The position numbers and the translations under genes were made by a program. This document shows positions 56,501 through 63,374 of a stretch of DNA of 64,000 nucleotides, in pieces. The first letter of the stretch is position 1. Every line of letters starts with the position of its first letter. Below the pieces are notes generated by a model. That model did not search any database. It was not told the origin of the DNA and saw only the letters and a program-made list of their open reading frames with translations. The stretch lies in the IMG/VR virus record IMGVR_UViG_3300042515_001753, positions 62,001 to 126,000 of that record; one strand, written 5' to 3'.

Positions 56501-59131
56501 ATCAATTTTGGAATAATATGTTGCATTATTTACTAAAGTTAAATTTGTAGACCCAATACCAATTGGAGAATTTCCATTAGAATTGTAAACTATTAATTCT
56601 CCATTACTTAAATTGTGATCCGTTAAAAACGACAATTGATTTGTGGTTGAACTAATTCCTCCGGAATTTGTTGACAACCTGGCATCAAACAAAATATCTC
56701 TCTTTCTCTTTGTAATAATAGGTTCTAATACACAACCAGACCCATTACCGCCAGTTATACCAATAGATACGATTGTATTGATATCATAGTCTTGAGAATC
56801 AATATAAACTTTTTTAATTGACCCACTAACTACTGGACGAACTAATGCTGTAGATCCAGTTCCGGAAGAAACCGATATTAGCGGAGGATTAATGACATCA
56901 TATCCAATTCCACCATTTAATACACTAATAGATTTTAAGGGACCATAGTATACTTTATCATTAGATTTGTAATTATTAATTTCTACACCATTAATTAACA
57001 TTCCAATTGAACCTGGAAGTGTTAATTCTCCAGTTCCGGTATCGATATTTTCAGATAATGGAAATTTTTTAAATAATTTTTGAGCTCCAATTATGTTAGA
57101 TTTTTGAGAATATAATGTAAATCTATGAGTTTGATTAACAAAATTTGAATCTGAGAATGTTAAGAAATCATTAGTTCCAACAAATGATAATGATGAATAT
57201 AGTCTTATTTTATTGGAAGGATTTAGAACTTGCACATAATAATCTCCAGTATCTAATCCAACAATAGGTGTTCCTGATGGTTGGTAGTAGACTCTATCTC
57301 CAGTAATAAATGGAACAGGGTTTTGAAATACTATGCTTGTATAGTTATTATCTATTTCATCGGATATCTCTAGTGCAACTGATGATTTAATATCTTTTGT
57401 TATTCTGTATGTAAAATTTCCATTATATCCATCTCTACCTGAAGGTAATGAGTTAGAAGCTACATATGCATACTCATCATCAGTATATAAATTTTGAATA
57501 TCGGATAAAATAACATTATTTCCAAACTGTATTGGAACAATAGTGCTATTTGCGGTATTAATTTTTCTTCTTAAATCATATTTTGCTTCATTTTCTGGAG
57601 AAAATACCAAATTATCAATAATAACTCTATTTTGTGAAAATATAATGTCCGAAACATATGCACCCGAGGATGACACTACAGTAGTACTATCTCTTTCTAA
57701 AATTTCAACTTCATCCCCGATTTTTAAACTAGACCTGTCAATAGGACTTGTAAGGGTAAAGTTGCTGATATTTTCTATTTCATATCTAGATCCCGTATTG
57801 TATATCCAGGAATTTGCAAAAACTTCTTCGTATGTCTTATTTTGCTGTGGATTTTTAATTAAATCTCCAATATTTTTAACTGAGATTATTTGCCCTTCAT
57901 CCAAATTCAAAGTATCCGATACTTGAACAAATTTGGATAATACTCCAGTAAGTCTCAACTCAACTTTTTTGTTTAGATCTCCATCTTCATAACCATAATA
58001 AATTTCATCAGATCTTATATCATCTGTTGAGAAAATCTCAGATATAATTCCTGTACATCCAAAAAACTGATTAATACTTTTGCTAGTATAAGTAATTGTA
58101 TTGTTTCCAGATATGATTGTTCCTTGTTCTGGGAATCCTATTGTAGAATCTACTGATATTACTGATGACCCAATAGTGACATTTTTTAGACTTTTTGTAT
58201 TTGGGGTAATTGTAAAATTTCCAAGAACAGCAGAAGTATCATTATATCCAACAAAAAGTGAAATTTTAAAATATTGTACATTATTTCTAGTAAATGGTGC
58301 TATTTCAGAAATTGAGGCACTAGTACCATCATCATTAAATTTTTTAATTGTTTGACCTAGTAATTTAGAAGGATTTCCAGAAATTCTTTCTGCAATTACA
58401 ATTTCTCTTCTTATAAATTCTGCCGAAGATGGTTTAATTAAAAAATTCTCTAAATTTACTACCTGAGGAGTTACTCCATATAAAACATTAAATAAAATTC
58501 TAAATGATTCATCAGTTCCTTTTGCCTGATAAAAGGATCTTGCTTCTTTTATAAAGTTACCAACATTTAAATCTGATACAAAATCAACGTCTTCTAGACC
58601 AGGAGTAAAAGTATACTTTATTTTTTTATAAAATTCTTTTAGGAATAAAGAACTTAGATTTTGTACAGAAGAACCTTCATTATGGGATGCAGATACCGAT
58701 TCCGAAAATACTAACTCCTCTTGATTCGAATCTGAATGATAATTAGTAACACCACTAAATCCACGAACACATCCAGTAAATGTATTTGTAGTTATTCCAG
58801 TATATGTAATAATTTCATCATCAATTTTTAATAATCCATAAGTTTGAGGAAATCCTTTAGTGGAAGTAACTGTAACAATTCCCGAAGAAGATGAAATATT
58901 GGTAGATAGTTCGGTAGATCCTACAATAACTTCTGGAGTTAAATTATCTAACTTCAGATATTGGTCTAAATTTTCTGCAATATCAACTACGCCACTTTGA
59001 TATTCTTGAGAAATATAATATTGCTTTAAAAATTCTGCCGTATTTGGACTCTCATCCAAAATAAAATTTGGAAGCTGATTTTCAATAACTTGCTGAACCT
59101 TAACTCTAGATTCGAACCCAGTCTGTATCAT
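47558..59131 (-). CDS. gp7: baseplate wedge initiator, giant form (3857 aa)
   Basis: N-terminal QLPNFI...EFLKQYYISQE, FYQAKGTDESFRILF, IIGWAYDGNPIYGPYG, DNDYYQNLSY.IKS, VHTSGLKNF; located between gp6 and gp8. Confidence 0.88.
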   Translation of the reverse strand: MIQTGFESRVKVQQVIENQLPNFILDESPNTAEFLKQYYISQEYQSGVVDIAENLDQYLKLDNLTPEVIVGSTELSTNISSSSGIVTVTSTKGFPQTYGLLKIDDEIITYTGITTNTFTGCVRGFSGVTNYHSDSNQEELVFSESVSASHNEGSSVQNLSSLFLKEFYKKIKYTFTPGLEDVDFVSDLNVGNFIKEARSFYQAKGTDESFRILFNVLYGVTPQVVNLENFLIKPSSAEFIRREIVIAERISGNPSKLLGQTIKKFNDDGTSASISEIAPFTRNNVQYFKISLFVGYNDTSAVLGNFTITPNTKSLKNVTIGSSVISVDSTIGFPEQGTIISGNNTITYTSKSINQFFGCTGIISEIFSTDDIRSDEIYYGYEDGDLNKKVELRLTGVLSKFVQVSDTLNLDEGQIISVKNIGDLIKNPQQNKTYEEVFANSWIYNTGSRYEIENISNFTLTSPIDRSSLKIGDEVEILERDSTTVVSSSGAYVSDIIFSQNRVIIDNLVFSPENEAKYDLRRKINTANSTIVPIQFGNNVILSDIQNLYTDDEYAYVASNSLPSGRDGYNGNFTYRITKDIKSSVALEISDEIDNNYTSIVFQNPVPFITGDRVYYQPSGTPIVGLDTGDYYVQVLNPSNKIRLYSSLSFVGTNDFLTFSDSNFVNQTHRFTLYSQKSNIIGAQKLFKKFPLSENIDTGTGELTLPGSIGMLINGVEINNYKSNDKVYYGPLKSISVLNGGIGYDVINPPLISVSSGTGSTALVRPVVSGSIKKVYIDSQDYDINTIVSIGITGGNGSGCVLEPIITKRKRDILFDARLSTNSGGISSTTNQLSFLTDHNLSNGELIVYNSNGNSPIGIGSTNLTLVNNATYYSKIDNNRTIRLYQTNSDYLSGINTVSFSGTNTAGIHKFSTASFKNTISEIKILNGGSGYTNRELIVSSAGISTSNNTINFKNHGFNDGELVTYQYQTSTIGISTLSQYYVLKNNDDSFRLCDAGIGGTDISNYTRKNYIKFSSIGSGYQYFSYPDISVSIQYTPVGFGTTSQQIQSLVASPIVKGSIIDVYLYESGVGYGSTIINLERRPLITIKTGSEAKLKPIITNGQINSVNIQYGGVDYYSIPDLIVTDLTGVGSGADLRPVITNQKITDIKIINPGIGYSTNSTIIEVKSAGSNAILNANIRSLTVNNNLKIGDEILIESENELQYSVCGYFENLRNSFGDNGLQVSNIIGWAYDGNPIYGPYGYFDSEDSNSVPKLLESGYALNPSNVVDRPSFPSGFFVEDYEYTNSGDLDENNGRFGRTPEFPNGVYAYFATLDTFLTPIFPYFVGNKYRSNTLNENSTLNQTFDFNNSNLLRNTLPYKVSDDYAKNDFITETNEITNQESIVESVSEGFVNAFDIINSGSDYKVNDVLNFDGANTSGGGLVARVSSIEGKDITKIDTSVETYENSIFTYNDGEEVKVTIKPYHNFSNNDFVVISGFSTNLSKLNNSYKIGVSSYYSNVLKDVPSSTSGFTTEIYITQLPTRVSVGSSIRIGSETLSVLEVYENLNILKVQRGSTGVSHTATTQINFIPDSFTISQKIDYFESNVNNKVFFNPVQSVGIGTTPGITNKLTFEFGDSNITRIVPTQGIYIENHPFTNNQLVTFTNNGSNIAVSTSPTGTQFNLPQNVYVTDKNINTIGIKTTLNSSEVFFITNGSDNDKYSFESVYPQIVGKVERVKSTVSVSTSHELSSGDVISLSIEPNLSVGIGTSTSIYIKRDLITDNILINPIGFSSTAINTTTNTISINSHNLKTGDKVLYSSNLVASGLSTGFYYVYRVNENIIKLSETYVDSKTVPPTTVNISSTGGSSQSISLINPQIKSFKNNNLVFNLSDSSLVGYKFKLYYDNQYNNEFISTPSSDLFTLSGIGTIGVSTNASSTINYSENLPTKLYYNLEKSGYISTSDKEVSNYSEILFVNSIYNSNYTISGVGSTTFSISLSEKPEKLSYTQNECDKLQYTTTSLSAKGSINKINIISGSSGYKKLPTFVGSNSIDGKDAYITPKSTSIGNAKEVRIINEGFQYSSDKTLQPTALISPLITIKNSNTIGIITVTDGGKGYTDAPSVIIVDSSTGEQIDSGILEAKLSGNSIDSVNIIQQPKGLPETTVQLFTTNNTNGISIQQVQSSSSGIFTCFITTPTLGFSAFPFSSGDKVFVEGIQKFSTEGTGFNSEDYGYQFFTINNYSNAGTLDSVTINISGLTTNTGIAKTIQDSVGNIIKSTDYPIFNVTQIQSEFIIGEKLISNNTERDLEISSYENSFIKVSGTYDLSVGEIIVGKESGNVATIDKIESGIGRFKVDYSIEKNIGWSNDIGKLDQDNQVVADNDYYQNLSYTIKSPITYQELRTPVNSLVHTSGLKNFADTGITSTANFDVVTSNNNISILYDIIEENRVDTIYDFDLVKDIDLVGTSSKFLKLKNKKLTDYIECRSNVVLKIDDINRQFSDSDGNPSEFINLLELNTGVSYDNILVRVSSLDNTEIQLTELVLLNDGSNSFLAEKSTLVNAGVGLTHISGEPIGEFILITDDVDDSNYLRFVPKDPFNIDYDIKLINSNFNSVLPGIGTTSVGFINLTGSNRTATTGIQTSIISVQANKFSSLYSNIQIIDSVTNQMNFVEVYLNHDGTDTYISEYYFDSEFLSNYYSGNNIGSFGASISSGVLSLNYINNSPNSVNVRSKIVGFGTTSVGADTYRFISPGQIPGNERSAIYQSTYSSTVSSASTVISLNKTNFNAVKSLVEVSVGSTSALHQIMLVQDETNIYVQQSPFLSVGSTNGIGTFGGEYSGSNFILKFYPEPSVTSEVNILAFNQCLYTTLDTQNTAPSLSYGTIEESIDIEQYNAINGNRINRNNFNLKSNGIEIFAKRFNPTNSTILDPSTGIFTIQNHFFSNLEELIYTPKSTFIGVGASAMEIGAGPTLLPSEVYVIKLSDSTFKLATTKSNAISGIAVTFTSYGSGNAHQLEMDKKLEKALITIDNIVQYPLLFTPISYTLLNNGGQISAGSSIFALSGISTIIPKDILKIDNEYMGIINVGLGTTNVGPITNSGNINLVEVTRGFVGSSASTHTDSTSVRIYKGSYNIVDGDIFFAESPRGNPQIIKDSSNLTFETSDFTGRVFLRNDYTSNQLYDDISSQFTGIGRTFTLTVGGANTVGLGTSGGNGILFINGVFQTPTTLNNPENNFSIIENTVSGISSVVFSGIRDPDNLNIITSEFDVNQNQTPRGGIIVSLGSSTGLGYAPLVGAAVTAVVGAGGSIVSVGLGTTDNLGSGYNGIVSVGVSVYQNGHTGAAATISATVGAGGVLSFAVVGGGTGYTNPQVFVSEPSYENLNVIGVSRLGVGATTNTGIGLLLNVEVGASSTTGIGSTYFEVSKFSISRQGYSFRRGDVFKPVGLVTAKGLASPLSEFQLTVVDTFSDSFAAWQFGEFDYIDSIKNYQDGVRTRFPLYYNNELLSFESSEGSQVNLSNALLIVINGVIQDPGVAYQFDGGTSFIFTTAPRPEDNVAIFFYKGTDGVDVIVNDSINETLKRGDTVQVLKNNSIPGTITQDKRIVFDLSFSDKFETNLYSNQGVDSENNKPLSWIKQKVDRKINGEDVYKTRDSIESLIYPTAKIIKDFSTTDTQIFVDNAEFFEYDNTISPEPFSSLIVNGISTNASGAVELISNITLINGFSGIITGITTTTGSGGNPLALKFHLNSSSFTGLSTGYPIYIFDTRVGKGVTSINTSNSAVVGIGTTFIDNIYYIHQFSSSGTVGIITCNILSTTSTTGLSSSGSISNPVGKYSWGRMSGFSRSGSPISIGVTGNTVDVGLTTFATIQRRGIGIRQTGALPKLL

Positions 59132-59132
59132 A

Positions 59133-61022
59133 TTACGCTCTTATTAAATTCCCGTTTGAATAACTTGATGTGTAATAGTCTCTGGTAAATAATGTACCGG
59201 ATATTTCATCACCAGAGGCAATTACATCTCTTACCATATTTATTGTGCTTTCTGAAATACTAAAATTTAAATATAAATCTTTTAGTCCTATAACATCATT
59301 TGATTCAGGAAATGCTTGTATTTCAATAATATTGTTTTCCTTAGATGTCGATATAATATTTACGGTTCCTAATTTAATTTCACCCTTTTCATAATCAACT
59401 GTTCCGGCAGATTTTATAACAACTCTTATAGTTCCATCACTTAAAGGTTTTACTATTGACAATATTCCGGTTTTTCCGTCAGTATTAGGAACATCCGTTA
59501 GGTATACTGTATCCGAATCTATTGAAATTTTAAATCCTGTACTTTTAATATTAAAACCATCAGAATTAATATGAAACTTATTTCCAAAGCATAATTCATA
59601 TTGAGCAAACTGGTTTATCATTGCCATCAAATCTCTTCTAATTCTAACCTTAGTAATATTAGAAGTTATAGAAGTATCACTATTGTCAATTATTTGAAGA
59701 ACCTTACTATACTTAAATCTTCCACCAAATGAATTAAGATCTATAGAATTTGAGTACTCTGTTAGTGAATTTACTACTTTTGTTTTTAGTGATTCTACTG
59801 CAGATACTTGAGAATAGTTATAATAAATTGATGAATCAATCTCCACATATAATATTTTAAGATCAATTATTTTTTGATTAATTCCAGAAATAGTATATTG
59901 CTTTAATTTATTAATAATTTGTTGTTTGTTAAAATCAGAAACAAAAGTTCCATTTTTTGGTTTAATAATTATCGATACCGTACCAAATTCCGGAGGTTCT
60001 AATTCTTCACCACCAATAATAGCAACCGATTCTGTATCCGGATATATTTTTTTTATAATTGCCTCATAATCTCTTGATGTTACTGCTCTATATTGAGATG
60101 AATATATTCTTGGTGCAAAATATTTAACAGAATCTATAGATTCTATATCAGAACCATTTTGAGATGGTTGATTTGTTACGACAGAGACTGAACCTATGTC
60201 AATTGTCGCGTTACTTGCATTTCTAACACTTCCAGAAAAAGAAAATGAAGAAGCGCCATTACCCTCTTCACCATCAGTAACAATATAATTTACCGTGATT
60301 ACTGCATTATTTTCTAATTTTTGCCCGATAAGACCATCGCCAAAAAGTAATTCATATTTTTCATCCTGAACTTCTTGTAATAGATAGATTCTTGAAGACG
60401 AATTTACTTCGAGAATATTATCAACAGAAGAATATTCTACTCCAAGATCACTATCATTAATTCCTTTCACATAAACGGAAATAGTTGAGGTGTCTATGAA
60501 TGGATTGTTTAATATAAATCTTTGGTCCAGAGATCCATCCACCACAAATTGTTTTGTCAAGAAGGTTCCTTGATAAATGTCAATATTATTAAAGGATGCT
60601 GTTCCTCCAACAACATTTGATGATATACTTTCTGGAATTGAAAATGTATATGATGTATTATCAACGGACCCTACACACACCAGACCTGCCTGTAAGGTGA
60701 GTGTGGGAGTATTTGCGGCAGTAGATATGTCAAATGATACCTGTGCCTTTGCTGCCGTCCTGGAACGAGGTACATATCCAATATTTCTTGCCAGTGAAAC
60801 GACATTTTCACGAAGAGTTGCCGAATCCAAAAAGGATTCATTCACAATCATGTTTGAGTTGAATGCCGTAATATAGGTATTATACGCCAGAGTATCTATT
60901 AATACCGAAAAATTAGACCCTTCAAAGTCAAAATCCGTGAATGTGGAGTTGGCACGGAGATAATCCTTGATAGAGGTCTTTATCTGATCAAAATCTAGAT
61001 TTGTAAACTTAGTAAAAGGCAT
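59133..61022 (-). CDS. gp6: baseplate wedge subunit
   Basis: LDFDQIKTSIKDYL, DFDFEGSNFSVLIDTLAYNTY, SATLRENVVSLARNIGY, QYRAVTSRDYE. Confidence 0.96.
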   Translation of the reverse strand: MPFTKFTNLDFDQIKTSIKDYLRANSTFTDFDFEGSNFSVLIDTLAYNTYITAFNSNMIVNESFLDSATLRENVVSLARNIGYVPRSRTAAKAQVSFDISTAANTPTLTLQAGLVCVGSVDNTSYTFSIPESISSNVVGGTASFNNIDIYQGTFLTKQFVVDGSLDQRFILNNPFIDTSTISVYVKGINDSDLGVEYSSVDNILEVNSSSRIYLLQEVQDEKYELLFGDGLIGQKLENNAVITVNYIVTDGEEGNGASSFSFSGSVRNASNATIDIGSVSVVTNQPSQNGSDIESIDSVKYFAPRIYSSQYRAVTSRDYEAIIKKIYPDTESVAIIGGEELEPPEFGTVSIIIKPKNGTFVSDFNKQQIINKLKQYTISGINQKIIDLKILYVEIDSSIYYNYSQVSAVESLKTKVVNSLTEYSNSIDLNSFGGRFKYSKVLQIIDNSDTSITSNITKVRIRRDLMAMINQFAQYELCFGNKFHINSDGFNIKSTGFKISIDSDTVYLTDVPNTDGKTGILSIVKPLSDGTIRVVIKSAGTVDYEKGEIKLGTVNIISTSKENNIIEIQAFPESNDVIGLKDLYLNFSISESTINMVRDVIASGDEISGTLFTRDYYTSSYSNGNLIRA

Positions 61023-61023
61023 T

Positions 61024-61425
61024 TTATCTCGTTGCCTCTAGTATGAATGAATATTCTTGAGTTGGAAATTCTTGTCCTATAATATCAAAAATAATTGTTA
61101 CATTAAATGTATTGTCATCCGGAATAGGATCTACTTGAACTATTACATTATTAACTCTTGGTTCAAAGTTATTAATGGATATTTCAATTTGACTTTGTAT
61201 TACTGATGCAGTACCAAAATCAACAAATTCAAATAAACTTTTTGTAATATCGGACCCTAATAGAGAATTGAAGAATCTTTCTGTCGGAATAGTTTCTACA
61301 ATATTTCTTACAGATCTTCGAATTGCGTTTTCATTTTTTAATATAGGCAGATCCTTTGTCACGGGATGTGGTTCAAAGGATAAACTGATATCTTTAAATG
61401 ATCTGGATATCCTTTGAATTGCCAT
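61024..61425 (-). CDS. gp25: baseplate wedge subunit
   Basis: FKDISLSF..HPVTKD, NAIRRSVRNIV.T..TERFFN..LGS, NFEPRV; TATAAATA at 61445-61452. Confidence 0.94.
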   Translation of the reverse strand: MAIQRISRSFKDISLSFEPHPVTKDLPILKNENAIRRSVRNIVETIPTERFFNSLLGSDITKSLFEFVDFGTASVIQSQIEISINNFEPRVNNVIVQVDPIPDDNTFNVTIIFDIIGQEFPTQEYSFILEATR

Positions 61426-61453
61426 CGAACAAAAGTTTTTTATTTATTTATAT

Positions 61454-61630
61454 CTACTTCCAAGAAGAACCATAGTTTGGTTCTGTTCCATATGTCCAGT
61501 CATCATAGTCTTCATCATTACGAATTTTTTCGTGTAGTTCAACCTGTTTTTTTAGATTGTGTTTTGGTGCAATGTCATAAACAACTTCTTGAATAACTCT
61601 TTTTTGATTGTCGTCAGATTCGAATAGCAT
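61454..61630 (-). CDS. small hypothetical protein (58 aa)
   Basis: Not in the ORF track. MLFESDDNQKRVIQEVVYDIAPKHNLKKQVELHEKIRNDEDYDDWTYGTEPNYGSSWK; SD AGGAG 6 nt upstream. Confidence 0.7.
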   Translation of the reverse strand: MLFESDDNQKRVIQEVVYDIAPKHNLKKQVELHEKIRNDEDYDDWTYGTEPNYGSSWK

Positions 61631-61700
61631 TTGAAACTCCTGTTTTAATGAATAAAACAGAACTTTTATGAAGGAGGTTTCTATCTCCTATTAGTATTTA
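61631..61700 (-). promoter_or_regulatory. late promoter and structured leader with competing anti-SD helices
   Basis: TAAATA at 61695-61700, then AGGAG...CTCCT...CTGTTTT/AAAACAG...AGGAG-N6-ATG. Confidence 0.45.
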
Positions 61701-62039
61701 ACGATTTACTTCACGAAGATTATAATTATCGGAATTTAGATATTTTAATAACTCAATTGCAACTAATCTAGGATTTCCTTCACCGCAAGTATAGACATCA
61801 ATTGCTATACAACCATTTTCAGGCCAGGTGTGACAAGATACATGACTTTCTGAGAGGGCAATGACGATTGTACATCCTTGTGGAAGAAAACAATGGGAAA
61901 AAATGTTTAAAATAGTCATATTTGCCCGACTAATACCCTTCTCCATTGCTTCTTGAAGAGATATTACATCATTTAAGAGGTCAAATTTAACATCATACAC
62001 CTCTAAAAGGAGATGAGTTCCCATTGAATACTGTTCCAA
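61698..62039 (-). CDS. speD: S-adenosylmethionine decarboxylase proenzyme
   Basis: GTHLLLEVY, F.PQGCT.VIALSESHVSCHTWPE.G..AIDVYTCG; pyruvoyl self-cleavage site E|SH. Confidence 0.92.
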   Translation of the reverse strand: MEQYSMGTHLLLEVYDVKFDLLNDVISLQEAMEKGISRANMTILNIFSHCFLPQGCTIVIALSESHVSCHTWPENGCIAIDVYTCGEGNPRLVAIELLKYLNSDNYNLREVNR

Positions 62040-62062
62040 TTATTATTCTAGTAAAAAGTTAT

Positions 62063-62698
62063 TTATTTCTTCTCTAAGTCAACAATTTCGTACATATAAT
62101 GATCTGATGTTTCCAGTTTTCTCTTATTTTCTACAGAATAAACTGTCATATCAATCTCATAACCAGGATTTTTATCGATCCTATTGAATGTCCAGGCATT
62201 ATCATACCAAATAATGCGATTGTTTGGATATGCATAGTAATTTCCTGTTTCAACTTTAAATAAATGAGCACACTTATGCTCCGGAGTCTCTGAAAAATTT
62301 AAATCGGGTACTCCTTTATTCTCCCAAGACCAGTCGAGAGTAAACATGTAAGTTCCTAATACTTTTTTTCCGTCCGGACGAATGAGTTGTGCATCTAAAT
62401 TTGCAAGTCTGTGCCTTCTTTGAACATCAATATAAGGTGAAAAGCAGTCCCAATACATAATGTCTTCTAAGGGTTCTATTTCTGCATTCGAATCCCAACA
62501 AAAGGCATGTAAAGGTCTTCTAGTCCAATTTACACCATTCTCTAAGAATGCTTCGAAAAGAGGTACACGTTTTTCTATACTTGCCACAGAGTGAACATCA
62601 CATTTAGTTACTTCGCCATGACCTTTATTCTGATTATAAAGAAACTCATTACGAATGTAACAAGACCAATCTGGTAAACTATGATTTAAGTAAGCCAA
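62063..62698 (-). CDS. conserved phage hypothetical protein
   Basis: YLNHSLP...YIRNEFLY, WDCFS, Y.FTLDW, EHKCAH, YPNNRIIW. Confidence 0.8.
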   Translation of the reverse strand: MAYLNHSLPDWSCYIRNEFLYNQNKGHGEVTKCDVHSVASIEKRVPLFEAFLENGVNWTRRPLHAFCWDSNAEIEPLEDIMYWDCFSPYIDVQRRHRLANLDAQLIRPDGKKVLGTYMFTLDWSWENKGVPDLNFSETPEHKCAHLFKVETGNYYAYPNNRIIWYDNAWTFNRIDKNPGYEIDMTVYSVENKRKLETSDHYMYEIVDLEKK

Positions 62699-63063
62699 TT
62701 CATTTCCTCTTGTTGGTATGTGTTAAGTAGTTCTTCGTCTTTAGAAATGTCTTTAGATGCGTACCAAGATCCATTTTCATAATTATATTTTACATTTTCA
62801 TTATAAAGTGTATGATTAATATAATATGCACCATAAGTTTTGTTGAGATCACAATCAATCCAGAATCCTTCATCATCATTAAGAGTGATTGATTTCACTC
62901 TACCGTGAATGTTATCTGAAATCGAATTCCAAGATATTTTTATTTTTTTATTTGATTCAAATATGACTGTTCCTTTTGGAATATCCACTAAAGAAAAAAC
63001 ACCTACTCCAGCACAGACTTTACTAGGTGCTAGGTAGGTGTAGAGTGTTAAATCAGGAGTCAT
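62686..63063 (-). CDS. SET-domain protein-lysine methyltransferase
   Basis: SKVCAGVGVFSLVDIPKGTVI (motif I), YINH (NH motif), ASKDISKDEELLNTY (ELxxxY pseudo-knot). Confidence 0.82.
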   Translation of the reverse strand: MTPDLTLYTYLAPSKVCAGVGVFSLVDIPKGTVIFESNKKIKISWNSISDNIHGRVKSITLNDDEGFWIDCDLNKTYGAYYINHTLYNENVKYNYENGSWYASKDISKDEELLNTYQQEEMNWLT

Positions 63064-63066
63064 CCC

Positions 63067-63210
63067 TTATCCCTGACCTCTATATCTTTTACGAGCTTTA
63101 TTACGAGACGTAGCAGAATACTTAGTATGAGCACCACAACCTTGCTTGGTCTTCTTGGGAAGAGATTCGATTACCTGCTTTCCACCACCCGATGATTTTT
63201 TAATTGCCAT
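63067..63210 (-). CDS. small basic peptide ending YRGQG (47 aa)
   Basis: Not in the ORF track. MAIKKSSGGGKQVIESLPKKTKQGCGAHTKYSATSRNKARKRYRGQG. Confidence 0.75.
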   Translation of the reverse strand: MAIKKSSGGGKQVIESLPKKTKQGCGAHTKYSATSRNKARKRYRGQG

Positions 63211-63374
63211 TAATTTTCTCCTATAATTTCAGTTTCAATTTCATTTGGATTTGGAGAACCTGTCTGATAAAATTGTTCCGACAGATCCTCCATAGTATTA
63301 AAGTATTCTTCTTCTGTAAGATTGGAATAAATTTTACGACCCTTACAGATTATATTGTAAGATTCGTTAGACAT
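63210..63374 (-). CDS. small acidic hypothetical protein (54 aa)
   Basis: Not in the ORF track. MSNESYNIICKGRKIYSNLTEEEYFNTMEDLSEQFYQTGSPNPNEIETEIIGEN; one-base overlaps with the genes on both sides. Confidence 0.7.
   Translation of the reverse strand: MSNESYNIICKGRKIYSNLTEEEYFNTMEDLSEQFYQTGSPNPNEIETEIIGEN

Noticed and set aside
1191-60876. Plus-strand ORFs in the track (e.g. 6669-7253, 8228-8680, 55335-55784)
   Set aside because: All lie antisense to well-supported minus-strand genes, have no recognisable motifs or SDs, and are shadow ORFs.
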